Shown in pieces: positions 22,262 to 31,049 of a stretch of 64,000 nt of DNA. The position numbers were made by a program, and so were the translations under genes. The stretch is from positions 1,056,001 through 1,120,000 of the forward strand of contig OY762209.1 of the NCBI GenBank assembly GCA_963665295.1. The letters are read 5' to 3'. This stretch comes from Syntrophorhabdaceae bacterium (GTDB taxonomy: Bacteria; Desulfobacterota; Syntrophorhabdia; Syntrophorhabdales; Syntrophorhabdaceae). A model generated the notes under the pieces. It had not been told where the DNA came from, did no database searches, and was given only the letters and a program-made list of their open reading frames with translations. Numbering within the stretch: the stretch's first letter is position 1; every line of letters begins with the position of its first letter.

Positions 22262-25200
22262 CTAACCCATCGATTCCTGCTCATGTTTTTCTAGTCTCGC
22301 GAAAAGCTTATCAATATAGTTATCCCGGTCATCAGTCATAAAGAGCACATGCTGGTCTTCAAGCTCTTCCTGTGTTTTGCCCCATTTCAATTGCGGGTAT
22401 GGCGACCATGAAAGAATGAAGCTGTTGAGAATTACGTTCGGATCGTTCAACCGCTTCTCGATCTCCTTGATGCGCCTATGAAGCAGGACCTTCTCGCTGC
22501 CTGGCCCCTCTCCATGAAGAAGGCCATGAGGGTCAAGAAACGTTACGTATTGCTTGTCTCCGGTCAATACCCAAAAAATAAAGTCTGGGTAGAAACTCCC
22601 AGCCTCGAAAAAACCTACGCCTTTGCCACGGCTCATGTTTCTGAGAAGGAAAAGCTCTGTTTCGTTGTTTTCAAGGGCAGTTCTGTTTGTATTGCACCAG
22701 CCCCTCAGGTCCGTGACGAACTGATATTCACTCTCATTGAGCATTACCGGCAGAACTGTGATTTTGCCACCTTTAGGGACATGAAAGAGCGGTTGAAAAA
22801 GGTGTTTCCCGAAATTACAGGCATTGAGACCACCGGCCTGAAGAAGATCGTCCTTTCGCAACTCCAGGTCCCTCTTTATCTGATTGATTCCCTGAATGAC
22901 CTGGGCCTCGTCGCCATCGACGATAAGCTGATACAGTTCCTCAGTCGGCAGGTTGTCATCGTCCGGCGTCAGCTCGCGGAGTTCGAGGCGCGGTTCGATG
23001 TATTCACGCTTGCGATAGTTGTAATAATGCTCACAGTATCGCTTCAGGAGTTCGCCGGCGATCTGCTGGAGGAGCATGACGCCTTTGAGGTCCGCAGGAT
23101 TAAGCCAGGCTTCAGGCAGGTATAGGACATACCACGAAGAGTCTCCCAGTAAAGCACGGATCCCGCCTTTGGTAATGTTGAGGTTATACCAGCTTTTTTC
23201 ACGCTTGAACTGTTCCAACTCAAAGAACAGGGCGTCATAATCAAGTAATGCAAGGTGGCGTCCGCGAAAATATGCGTTGCTTTTCCCGGCTGCAGAACTC
23301 GTCCCTTTCGACTGCACGGCCTGAATTCGGGGATACCAATCAGCCGTAACCCTATTGGCAGTCAAGTAGCCGGGGACAACTCCCACGGTGGGGACAGGGC
23401 CGTCCTTCTTGAAGTCGTACTCCTTGCCGTCCGATGCCTTCCGTTTAGGCCGGAGTATTTTCAATCTTTTGCCAAAATCATAGGTCACATTCAGCGGAAC
23501 TGTAATGACGGTCCTGCGCTCGTTTCCGGGCAAGCCTTCCTCTCTTAAGAATTCCCGGAATCTTTCCATAAAATCAGCCTCGATCCCGAAAACGTTGAGC
23601 GTCTCGATCTCAGGGATGAAGACAGGTTGCACGGGCGCATGGGATCTGCCGCTCCGCTTCAGGCTCCACTCGTATCCTTTAAGGCGGACGCCCCGGCCGA
23701 ATAGTTGGATAATCTGTGTCCCTTCGCTTTTCCCCACATGCATGAGCCCCAGGGTGCTTACACGCCAGCAGTCCCAACCTTCCACAAACTTCTTGGACCC
23801 GATGAGAAGATTGACAGCAGACGAGGAATCTTTTACCGAGGCAAACGTGGCTTCCGTAAAATCGCTGTCTTCTACTTTCAACGGAATATGGTTTTGAGCT
23901 GCCACCTCTGCAACGTGGTCGCAGAGTCCTTTTGCGTCCCCAACATTTATCAGCCCGAAGGGAAGCTCCGCTCCACCTACGCGTAGCGCTACCTCTCCCG
24001 AATCCCCCTTGATCCTCTCAAGTTCAAGGGTTCCGCCTGCGTCGTTATTGAAGAGGCGCCGGAGGATGTCACGATAGATCTGCTCCATCGTTTCTCCGGC
24101 ATTCATCGATTCTGCGAGATAGGTAAAAGAACCGGCGAAAATGTCGTTGCCGTCCTTGTCGATGAGGCCGGTGTCCTGACCCTTTCCGGTGAGGACCTTA
24201 TCCATTCTTTTGCACGCTGCCTGCCGGTCATGAAGGAAATCAGCGATGAACTGGATTATCAGGGCCACATCTGTGGCCACAATCCTATCATCTTCCGAAC
24301 CACCCTTGGCCTTTGAGACAGTGCTCCCCACGAAAACCCAGAGGGGTTTTTCGATGTTGAAGGGTGCGAACTCCTTTGATTTGTCATCGTAAATCCGCAA
24401 TTGCTGATAGAACTTAAGGAGACAAGCCGTCAGATACATGGCCCGCATGTCGTCAAACGACTTCGGGAGGTTCAGTATCTGATAGTCCTTTCCAAAACCA
24501 TCCTCATAGAACCACCGGTAGGAATAATCAAAAATAATGGTTTTGGCATAGCTATTCTCGAAGTCCTTGTTGTTGGCCGCCGATACCGCCTGCTCGAAAG
24601 TGGCCGAATACTCGAAGGTGAATCCTTTTGCACAGAGGTCGGAACGACGGGTGAACCATGCGCCCTCCTCTTTTCCGCTCATGCCCCGGTGTCCTTCATC
24701 GACGAGAAGCAGGTTTTGATCGCCCAGGCTTCTGGTGGCAATCGTGTTGGGGCCTTCCTGATCGCCCAATTTTGTTATCTCGATAACATCGACCTGGTCG
24801 AATGCACCCTGTTTGGATAGATCAAGCTTTTTCACCGACCAGAATCCACTTTCCTGGAATTCGATAATGTGCTGCTCGCTGAGACGCTCATTAGGAGTAA
24901 GCAGGATAGCTCGGGAAAGAACCTTTTCCTCGCCATGTCTTTTGGCATAATGGCGGTATTGAAGCAGATTGACATGCATAAGCAGCGTCTTCCCGCTGCC
25001 CGTTGCGTTCTGAAGGCAGAGTTTGTTCAGGTCGTCTTCAGAATACGGCGGGATGTCGGCGTATTCAGGCCAGTGGTGATTGAACCGATTCACAAAGACA
25101 TTGAGGTCTTTTAGAAGCGCCTGGCGATTCCCCAGGAAACGGTCCAGATATATTTCCGTGAAGAGGAGCGTCAGCCATTGAAAATACTTCCACACAACAG

Positions 25201-25522
25201 GCCTGCGTCGCTTCTCGTTAATGGCCTGGGTATGGCGCACAATATTTTCTTCATAGAGCAGAATCTGTTCCTTGCTGATGGCCGCCAGATCATTCCAGAA
25301 GAGGGTGCTGTTTACCAGGGCGTGGTAGAAATGGTGGAGATTGTCGTGATCGAGACCTTCACGGCATTTCTTGAGCGGTTCTGCCAGATCGTGGAAGGGC
25401 CTGGTAGTCCCTGTGTATCTGTCGGCAAGAGGGTCAATACCGAAGAGGCCCATGAGCCACTGATTGAGGACAAGCTTGTTGCGGAAGGCGTGCTGTTTGG
25501 GACCCTTTGATTTCTTAGCCAT
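22262..25522 (-). CDS. Type III-like restriction enzyme Res subunit (SF2 helicase plus C-terminal nuclease)
   Basis: ATGSGKT, VDEGH, SATF, EGWD, QLFGRGVR, FYPDF...DPHG; downstream of mod. Confidence 0.85.
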   Translation of the reverse strand: MAKKSKGPKQHAFRNKLVLNQWLMGLFGIDPLADRYTGTTRPFHDLAEPLKKCREGLDHDNLHHFYHALVNSTLFWNDLAAISKEQILLYEENIVRHTQAINEKRRRPVVWKYFQWLTLLFTEIYLDRFLGNRQALLKDLNVFVNRFNHHWPEYADIPPYSEDDLNKLCLQNATGSGKTLLMHVNLLQYRHYAKRHGEEKVLSRAILLTPNERLSEQHIIEFQESGFWSVKKLDLSKQGAFDQVDVIEITKLGDQEGPNTIATRSLGDQNLLLVDEGHRGMSGKEEGAWFTRRSDLCAKGFTFEYSATFEQAVSAANNKDFENSYAKTIIFDYSYRWFYEDGFGKDYQILNLPKSFDDMRAMYLTACLLKFYQQLRIYDDKSKEFAPFNIEKPLWVFVGSTVSKAKGGSEDDRIVATDVALIIQFIADFLHDRQAACKRMDKVLTGKGQDTGLIDKDGNDIFAGSFTYLAESMNAGETMEQIYRDILRRLFNNDAGGTLELERIKGDSGEVALRVGGAELPFGLINVGDAKGLCDHVAEVAAQNHIPLKVEDSDFTEATFASVKDSSSAVNLLIGSKKFVEGWDCWRVSTLGLMHVGKSEGTQIIQLFGRGVRLKGYEWSLKRSGRSHAPVQPVFIPEIETLNVFGIEADFMERFREFLREEGLPGNERRTVITVPLNVTYDFGKRLKILRPKRKASDGKEYDFKKDGPVPTVGVVPGYLTANRVTADWYPRIQAVQSKGTSSAAGKSNAYFRGRHLALLDYDALFFELEQFKREKSWYNLNITKGGIRALLGDSSWYVLYLPEAWLNPADLKGVMLLQQIAGELLKRYCEHYYNYRKREYIEPRLELRELTPDDDNLPTEELYQLIVDGDEAQVIQGINQIKRDLELRKDDLLQAGGLNACNFGKHLFQPLFHVPKGGKITVLPVMLNESEYQFVTDLRGWCNTNRTALENNETELFLLRNMSRGKGVGFFEAGSFYPDFIFWVLTGDKQYVTFLDPHGLLHGEGPGSEKVLLHRRIKEIEKRLNDPNVILNSFILSWSPYPQLKWGKTQEELEDQHVLFMTDDRDNYIDKLFARLEKHEQESMG

Positions 25523-25584
25523 ATATCCCTTCCCGATATTCCAGGCAGTCAGGCTTGTTGCTCATGAGATAGTTACAAAGGTAT

Positions 25585-25618
25585 TTGTGTCTCACAGAGC
25601 CACTATTATGAGACACAA
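25585..25618. repeat. 10-bp perfect inverted repeat with 14-bp spacer between rhuM and res
   Basis: TTGTGTCTCA-N14-TGAGACACAA. Confidence 0.7.
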
Positions 25619-25644
25619 GGCGTTCCATAGCCACTCTCTTCTGT

Positions 25645-26697
25645 CTAATCACTATCTCGCCCCGACGTTTCTATTGCTTTTTCCATGCGTCTCAGTTCCT
25701 CATCATCAGAAAGGGCTTCAGTTTCAGCCTCAGTGGCGAGGCGATGGTGGTTGAATACCTCGTATTGCTTGAGCGCCAGCGTGTCGGCAACCTCCTTGGA
25801 AACCTTTCCTGCGTTTTCAAGGATCTCTCGTTCGTTGAAACGCAAGAAGGCATTCAGTTTTTCGCGCCAATCCCTCATAAAAATCTGTCTATGCCGTTTC
25901 GCCTGGTCTTCAGCATAGTCCAGATACATACTTACAATGCGGTTGAGTCCGGCAAGCTCCTCTTCGTTCAGGTAGTTTTTTGCAATCGTCACATCGCCCT
26001 TACGAACCTTCGTTCCTTTCCATGATGTAAGGCCCATGTTGGGCTTTTTTGCATCGGCCCGCCCGGCAATCAATTCCGCTGCCGTCTTACCGGAAATGGC
26101 GAAGTGCAGTTTGTTCTGGACGATCCGGAAGAACGTCAATGTCTCCTCTGCTTTAGGATTGTAGTCAACGGCCAGTTTGTAGATATCACGAATTTTCTGG
26201 TAGAATCGCTTTTCGCTGGATCGGATATCCCGAATCCGCTCCAGCATCTCGTCGAAGTAATCAGAACCGATGTTCGTGCCCGCCTTGAGACGGTCATCGT
26301 CCATGGTGAAGCCCTTTACGAGGTACTCGTTTAGACGTTCCGTAGCCCAGATGCGGAACTGAGTGCCACGATATGACTTTACCCGGTACCCTACCGCAAT
26401 AATGGCCTCCAGATTGTAGTGCCGGACGGAGCGTTGGATTTGTCTGCCGCCTTCCTGACGAACTATTAAGTAATCCTTAATAGTTGCCTTTTCCGAAACC
26501 TCACCCTCATCGTAAATATTCTTCAGGTGAATGTTGATATTGGGAACGGTTGTTTGAAACAAGTCCGCCATTGCCGCCTGGGTCAGCCAAACGGTTTGGC
26601 CCTCTATCCGTATTTCGATACGAGTTTTTCCATCTTCTGTCTGATAGAGCAAGAATTGACTGTTTTCCGGGAGGCCGGGTGTATTATTCTTTGCCAT
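25645..26697 (-). CDS. RhuM-family DNA-binding protein
   Basis: TVWLTQ, HYNLEAIIAVGYRVKS, FRIWAT, IRDIRSSEKRFY, AKNYL. Confidence 0.88.
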   Translation of the reverse strand: MAKNNTPGLPENSQFLLYQTEDGKTRIEIRIEGQTVWLTQAAMADLFQTTVPNINIHLKNIYDEGEVSEKATIKDYLIVRQEGGRQIQRSVRHYNLEAIIAVGYRVKSYRGTQFRIWATERLNEYLVKGFTMDDDRLKAGTNIGSDYFDEMLERIRDIRSSEKRFYQKIRDIYKLAVDYNPKAEETLTFFRIVQNKLHFAISGKTAAELIAGRADAKKPNMGLTSWKGTKVRKGDVTIAKNYLNEEELAGLNRIVSMYLDYAEDQAKRHRQIFMRDWREKLNAFLRFNEREILENAGKVSKEVADTLALKQYEVFNHHRLATEAETEALSDDEELRRMEKAIETSGRDSD

Positions 26698-26698
26698 A

Positions 26699-29600
26699 TT
26701 ATACCCCCTCCGTATCCCACATTCTTTTCATAAACTCTTCTTCGATGAGACGGACCTTCCATGTGTCGCCTTCTTTCAGAAGATTGGGCAGGTTGTTGCT
26801 CCCATTGACGTAAATTGTATCGAACTCAAAATCACGAGTACTGATACGATTCTTCTCGAACCACTCGTCGAGCATGAGGTTATCCGTCTCCGGATCACCG
26901 GTCAGTCTTCGCCAGACGATGAGCACCTTTTCCTTTTGGCCGTTGTTTGGGTTTTGCCGGTCTTTCGGGACCCAGCCTTCAACCTTGCGGAACCACCAGC
27001 GACAATGATCAGGTGACAATGAACAATGAGCAGGTGACAATGAACAATGAGCAGGTGACAATGAACAATGAGCAGGTGACAATGAACAATGAGCAGGTGA
27101 CAATGAACAATGAGCAGGTGACAATGAACAATGATCAGGTGACAATGAACAATGATCAGGTGACAATGAACAATGATCAGGGTCATCTTTTGGTTCAATT
27201 TGTTCATTGTTCATTGATAATTGTTCATTGACCTTCCGCATCTTGCCGTCAATGACAAGCTTCGTATGCTGATCGGTGGGAAGCTCCGGATCGGAAAGTC
27301 GCATGAAGCCTGCCGTAAAGACCTGGGGTTCGGCAATGTGGATCACTCTGAGGCCAATAAGGTAATTGAAGGTTTCGAGGAGGTCCACGTTGCGGTTCAC
27401 GTATTCGTCGCTTCCCGGCTTCTTCACTTTCAAAGTATAGGCGGTGGGATCGGAAAAAGCATCGATATTGAGAAGCGATTGACTCCCCTTTGTCTCCACA
27501 TCAAGGAGATAGTGGAGCATGAAATCCTCTTCGAGGGAAGCATTGGCCGCCACCGCCTTATCGCGGGTCGGGTTAACGTCAAAACGGAGGTTGTTCAGAG
27601 TGTCTTCGTAGGATTCGAGGCGGAGGTACTTGAAGCAGTGGGAGATACCCGTGTGACGGGCTGTGGGCTTGCCGTCTTTCCAGTCAGCGGAATAGACCAC
27701 CTTCACTATTCGAGGTTTGAGCACGGTGTCGAAATAGTCACCCATTTCAACGAGGATATACTTCCGGTTACCGCTATCTCCTCGATTGAGGTTAATGACG
27801 GCGTGAGCGGTAGTGCCAGACCCGGCAAAGTAGTCGAGAACGATACCATCATATTCTTCTTTCAGTCCACACACCGCGAGGCAATCCTCAACGGCATATA
27901 ACGATTTTGGGTACGAGAACACATTGTAGGTGTCAAAATATTGTTTCAGTAAGCCAGTTCCATGTTCTGTAGCCGAGTACTTCGCGTCTACCCAGGTCGT
28001 GAGTGGGAGAACCCCATCTTTGCCTGGTCTGAATCGGTAGTACACGGTAATGGAGTCTCCTTGGACTTTTGCCCGGTAATCTTTCGAAGAGTTCGTTATG
28101 TTCTCAGGTTTTCCGCGCCACCTTCGCTCAGCACCTTGTTCGTCAATTGGGTAGACCACGATTTCGTCGGCCTTCGGTTGCTCCGTAATATCCCACGTCC
28201 TGCAGTCGTCATTCCAATTCATTTTCGGTATACGAACGCTTTCTCCGCAAATATATAGGGGATAATAAAGTGAAGGCCGGTCTTTGCGTTCCGAATTGGA
28301 GCCTCGCTTTCTGAACAACTCCCACATATAAGCCCGGCCTTTTTCGTCGTTGTGTCTATAACGAGCGGCTTGTTTTTCCGATCTTGGAAGCTTAGAGATG
28401 GTTGCGGCGGGAGTATTCTTCATGAAGATGGCATATTCATGGGACTGTGCAAATCCCGAAGGAACAGGGCGTCCCGATGGGTTCATCCTTATTGTTACCG
28501 TGCCTGCGTGGCAATTCTGGTCGAACTCCTGTTCCAAAAGGAAATGAAGTTCCTTCTGTTGGTAATCATCGATTGTTGCACAGAGTATCCCACTGACCGG
28601 CAAAAGAAGTTTTGATATGTGAACTCGGTCAGCAAGCAGTGATATCCAGGAAGAACTTCGGTATCCATTCTTGTAGCTAATCGGTCCAGCATCTGTGTTG
28701 TATGGGGGGTCGATATATATGGACCTTATCCTTTCTTTATATCGCTCCCTTAACTGGTTCAGGGCCTGGAAATTCTCCGAATGAATCAGCAAGCCATCGC
28801 ACTGTTCGTCCAATCCTTCAATTGATGAAACAAGCCGCTCCTTAAACTTATCATCAAAAAATTGAGTATCGAGCACCAGTTTATTGTGGGCTTTCAGAAA
28901 AGCCAACGTGAGAGGTCTGGAGTAGCCCGGCGTATCGGGGGCAGCTAAATCACCGCGCACCATCTCGATCCCGTCAATCGCAAAGAGTTTCACCCACTCC
29001 TCGCGTTGAGCCTCATTGGCGGCTATCTCCGGATAGAGGTCTTCGGGTATCCGATCAAGGGTGATGCAGTAATTAGTCTCCACAACGAACTTCTTCTTTA
29101 GCCAGAGCTTCTTCTGGAAGTTTTCGAGCTGCGCGAGAAAGTCGATCAGTTTTCCGGCTATTCTCCGGAGGACCTTGATTTTTGCCAGATAGCTTTCTAC
29201 TGCCGGGGCTTCGGCGTTCTCAATGTCATCGAGGCGCATCACCTCGTTTTTGATATAGAAGTCCAGCTCCCGGCGGAGGAAAGCGCCCAGGTCTTTGTGG
29301 ATGAAGTAATCCATGGTGTTCCGTGCCGTATACTGGTTCACATATTTTGCCAGGAGGGGCCGTTTCTTGTCGTTCTCCGTGGGGGCAGGGATGCTGAAAA
29401 GGCGTAAATAGGCCGCCAGACTCGCCATGTCGCCGGCCATTGCCTTCAGCGACGAAAGAATGGCCGCCACGGCCTCGACATTTCTCTTGTCTTTCCATGT
29501 ACCTTCCTGCCCTGATTTTTCCGGGTCGGGACGGTACTCAAAGTTGACCACCATCTCACCCGCATCATTCAATTCAACAGGCTTCTCCTTGTGAATAATG

Positions 29601-30325
29601 AAGTAACGCTTGGTTGCGTCACTGGCCTTAACATTGCCGTGTTCCCCTTCTGTTGCCTCGACGATACGGAAGTTCACCCTGAATCCATCAGGAATGTTCT
29701 CCTCGGCGGCACCAAAGAGACCGCCCATTCCAGGGTCCTTTTCTTTCGTGTTCTTTTGTATCTGGGCTTGTGCAGCTGACGAAAGATCGAAGGTGAAATT
29801 GGAAAAATACTCCGTGGTCTTAATATAGTACTGGTCAGCGTTGGCCCAGTGGAGCTTGACTTCTTCCCCGCTGTAAGGCACAGCAAAAGGCGCGGAACGT
29901 CCTTCTGTCTCACGGGCATAGTACCGACGGGAAATAAAATCGCCGTCGTCATAATAGCGCTCAAAGAAGCGGTAAAGGTGGTCGTAAATGTCCGCCTCGG
30001 CAGCGACGGAACCCGCGACTGCCTCGTATCGCCCCCGAACTTCTTTCACTGCGTCGGTCTGCTCGGGATCGGGGGCTCCAAACTTTCTTGCCGTCTCTAT
30101 GGCGTCATCTATTTTTGCCTGCAGTGTTGTTTTCTGTATCTGGTCAACTTCTCCGAAGGCATCCTCCACGATTTTAAGAAGGTCCTTTTCAATAAACTCC
30201 GAAACCTGTCGGGCCTTGGCATGCATAATCCGGTAGAAACCGAAATCGAGGTCAGGCTGGTCAAGCTGAAAAAGCTCCTTCAGTTTCTTAAGGAGACGGG
30301 TCCGAAGTTGTTCTGTGGTGGGCAT
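26699..30325 (-). CDS. Type III-like adenine DNA methyltransferase (Mod) with in-frame repeat insertion near the C-terminus
   Basis: IYIDPPYN followed by DYFAGSGTT (beta-class order); ATG at 30325 with GGAG 9 nt upstream. Confidence 0.9.
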   Translation of the reverse strand: MPTTEQLRTRLLKKLKELFQLDQPDLDFGFYRIMHAKARQVSEFIEKDLLKIVEDAFGEVDQIQKTTLQAKIDDAIETARKFGAPDPEQTDAVKEVRGRYEAVAGSVAAEADIYDHLYRFFERYYDDGDFISRRYYARETEGRSAPFAVPYSGEEVKLHWANADQYYIKTTEYFSNFTFDLSSAAQAQIQKNTKEKDPGMGGLFGAAEENIPDGFRVNFRIVEATEGEHGNVKASDATKRYFIIHKEKPVELNDAGEMVVNFEYRPDPEKSGQEGTWKDKRNVEAVAAILSSLKAMAGDMASLAAYLRLFSIPAPTENDKKRPLLAKYVNQYTARNTMDYFIHKDLGAFLRRELDFYIKNEVMRLDDIENAEAPAVESYLAKIKVLRRIAGKLIDFLAQLENFQKKLWLKKKFVVETNYCITLDRIPEDLYPEIAANEAQREEWVKLFAIDGIEMVRGDLAAPDTPGYSRPLTLAFLKAHNKLVLDTQFFDDKFKERLVSSIEGLDEQCDGLLIHSENFQALNQLRERYKERIRSIYIDPPYNTDAGPISYKNGYRSSSWISLLADRVHISKLLLPVSGILCATIDDYQQKELHFLLEQEFDQNCHAGTVTIRMNPSGRPVPSGFAQSHEYAIFMKNTPAATISKLPRSEKQAARYRHNDEKGRAYMWELFRKRGSNSERKDRPSLYYPLYICGESVRIPKMNWNDDCRTWDITEQPKADEIVVYPIDEQGAERRWRGKPENITNSSKDYRAKVQGDSITVYYRFRPGKDGVLPLTTWVDAKYSATEHGTGLLKQYFDTYNVFSYPKSLYAVEDCLAVCGLKEEYDGIVLDYFAGSGTTAHAVINLNRGDSGNRKYILVEMGDYFDTVLKPRIVKVVYSADWKDGKPTARHTGISHCFKYLRLESYEDTLNNLRFDVNPTRDKAVAANASLEEDFMLHYLLDVETKGSQSLLNIDAFSDPTAYTLKVKKPGSDEYVNRNVDLLETFNYLIGLRVIHIAEPQVFTAGFMRLSDPELPTDQHTKLVIDGKMRKVNEQLSMNNEQIEPKDDPDHCSLSPDHCSLSPDHCSLSPAHCSLSPAHCSLSPAHCSLSPAHCSLSPAHCSLSPDHCRWWFRKVEGWVPKDRQNPNNGQKEKVLIVWRRLTGDPETDNLMLDEWFEKNRISTRDFEFDTIYVNGSNNLPNLLKEGDTWKVRLIEEEFMKRMWDTEGV
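27003..27231. repeat. Heptad-repeat hairpin inside mod: 8 full 21-bp units plus partial, short loop, 4 inverted heptads
   Basis: CAATGA(T/G)CAGGTGACAATGAA starting 27003, 27024 ... 27150, partial at 27171; inverted arm TGTTCATTGTTCATTGATAATTGTTCATTGA 27201-27231; encodes (D/A)HCSLSP x8. Confidence 0.95.
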
Positions 30326-30330
30326 TTTTT

Positions 30331-30644
30331 CAATCTCCAATCATCAATGATCAATGAACACTTCTCTTGCGCGAGCACTCTCATGCGCCCGTTTCGGTTT
30401 GTCCATTGTCAATTGTTTACTGTCCATTGTCCCTTGTCAATCTCCAATCATCAATGATCAATGAACACTTCTCTTGCGCGAGCACTCTCATGCGCCCGTT
30501 TCGGTTTGTCCATTGTCAATTGTTTACTGTCCATTGTCCCTTGTCAATCTCCAATCATCAATGATCAATGAACACTTCTCTTGCGCGAGCACTCTCATGC
30601 GCCCGTTTCGGTTTGTCCATTGTCAATTGTTTACTGTTCATTGT
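30331..30644. repeat. Three tandem ~107-bp units, each with inverted heptad arms around an identical core
   Basis: Units start 30331, 30438, 30545 (CAATCTCCAATCATCAATGATCAATGAACAC...GTCCATTGTCAATTGTTTACTGTCCATTGT); third copy slightly truncated. Confidence 0.95.
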
Positions 30645-31049
30645 CTTGCTTATTCTCGTCTTCTTCAAAATAGCAAAAAGGATGGCAGCCACCTCATCCA
30701 CACAGGGAAAAATACTCTCAAAAGACTTGGCGTCCAGGTATCCGGTATCTTTGAGCAAATTCAGCCAATATTTCGTCTCTTGCGCCTCCTTGTATGCGAT
30801 AGAAACCTTGGCCGAAAGATCGGCTTCGGAAATAGCTCCTTTCGCCTCGGCCAGATTTGCCCCAATCGAGGTTCCGCTTTTGAGCAATTGTCTCGACAGC
30901 ACAAACTCACGTTTCTGTTCTGTTAACTGCTTGTAAATATGGACAATGCGAATAGCCAGTGCGTAGGATTTCTCATACGCAGGATTAGGTTTGCTCATTG
31001 TCATCTGTCCATTGCTCATTGTCATCTGCCCATTGTCCATTGTCCTCAT
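30558..31049 (-). CDS. Four-helix-bundle protein (23S rRNA intervening-sequence protein / bAvd-like family)
   Basis: KSYALAIRIV...LSRQLLKSGTSIGANLAEA...SIAYKEAQETKYWLNLL; ATG at 31049 overlaps SNF2 stop, core may start at 30998. Confidence 0.88.
   Translation of the reverse strand: MRTMDNGQMTMSNGQMTMSKPNPAYEKSYALAIRIVHIYKQLTEQKREFVLSRQLLKSGTSIGANLAEAKGAISEADLSAKVSIAYKEAQETKYWLNLLKDTGYLDAKSFESIFPCVDEVAAILFAILKKTRISKTMNSKQLTMDKPKRAHESARAREVFIDH
30992..31049 (-). repeat. Heptad array at the 5' end of the four-helix-bundle gene
   Basis: Minus strand CAATGGA CAATGGG CAGATGA CAATGAG CAATGGA CAGATGA CAATGAG. Confidence 0.9.

Noticed and set aside
1961..25510. Many long antisense ORFs over housekeeping and R-M genes (e.g. 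5640-7208, 22478-23125)
   Set aside because: Shadows of well-supported genes on the opposite strand
26902..27231. Independent ORFs in the mod repeat (IVHCHL and VTMNNEQ repeats)
   Set aside because: Alternative frames of the 21-bp array; no evidence of separate genes
30331..30644. CRISPR array
   Set aside because: The would-be spacers are identical, the period is 107 bp and no cas genes are present
30558..31049. Diversity-generating retroelement (Avd-like gene)
   Set aside because: No reverse transcriptase and no TR/VR pair with adenine-specific differences seen in the window
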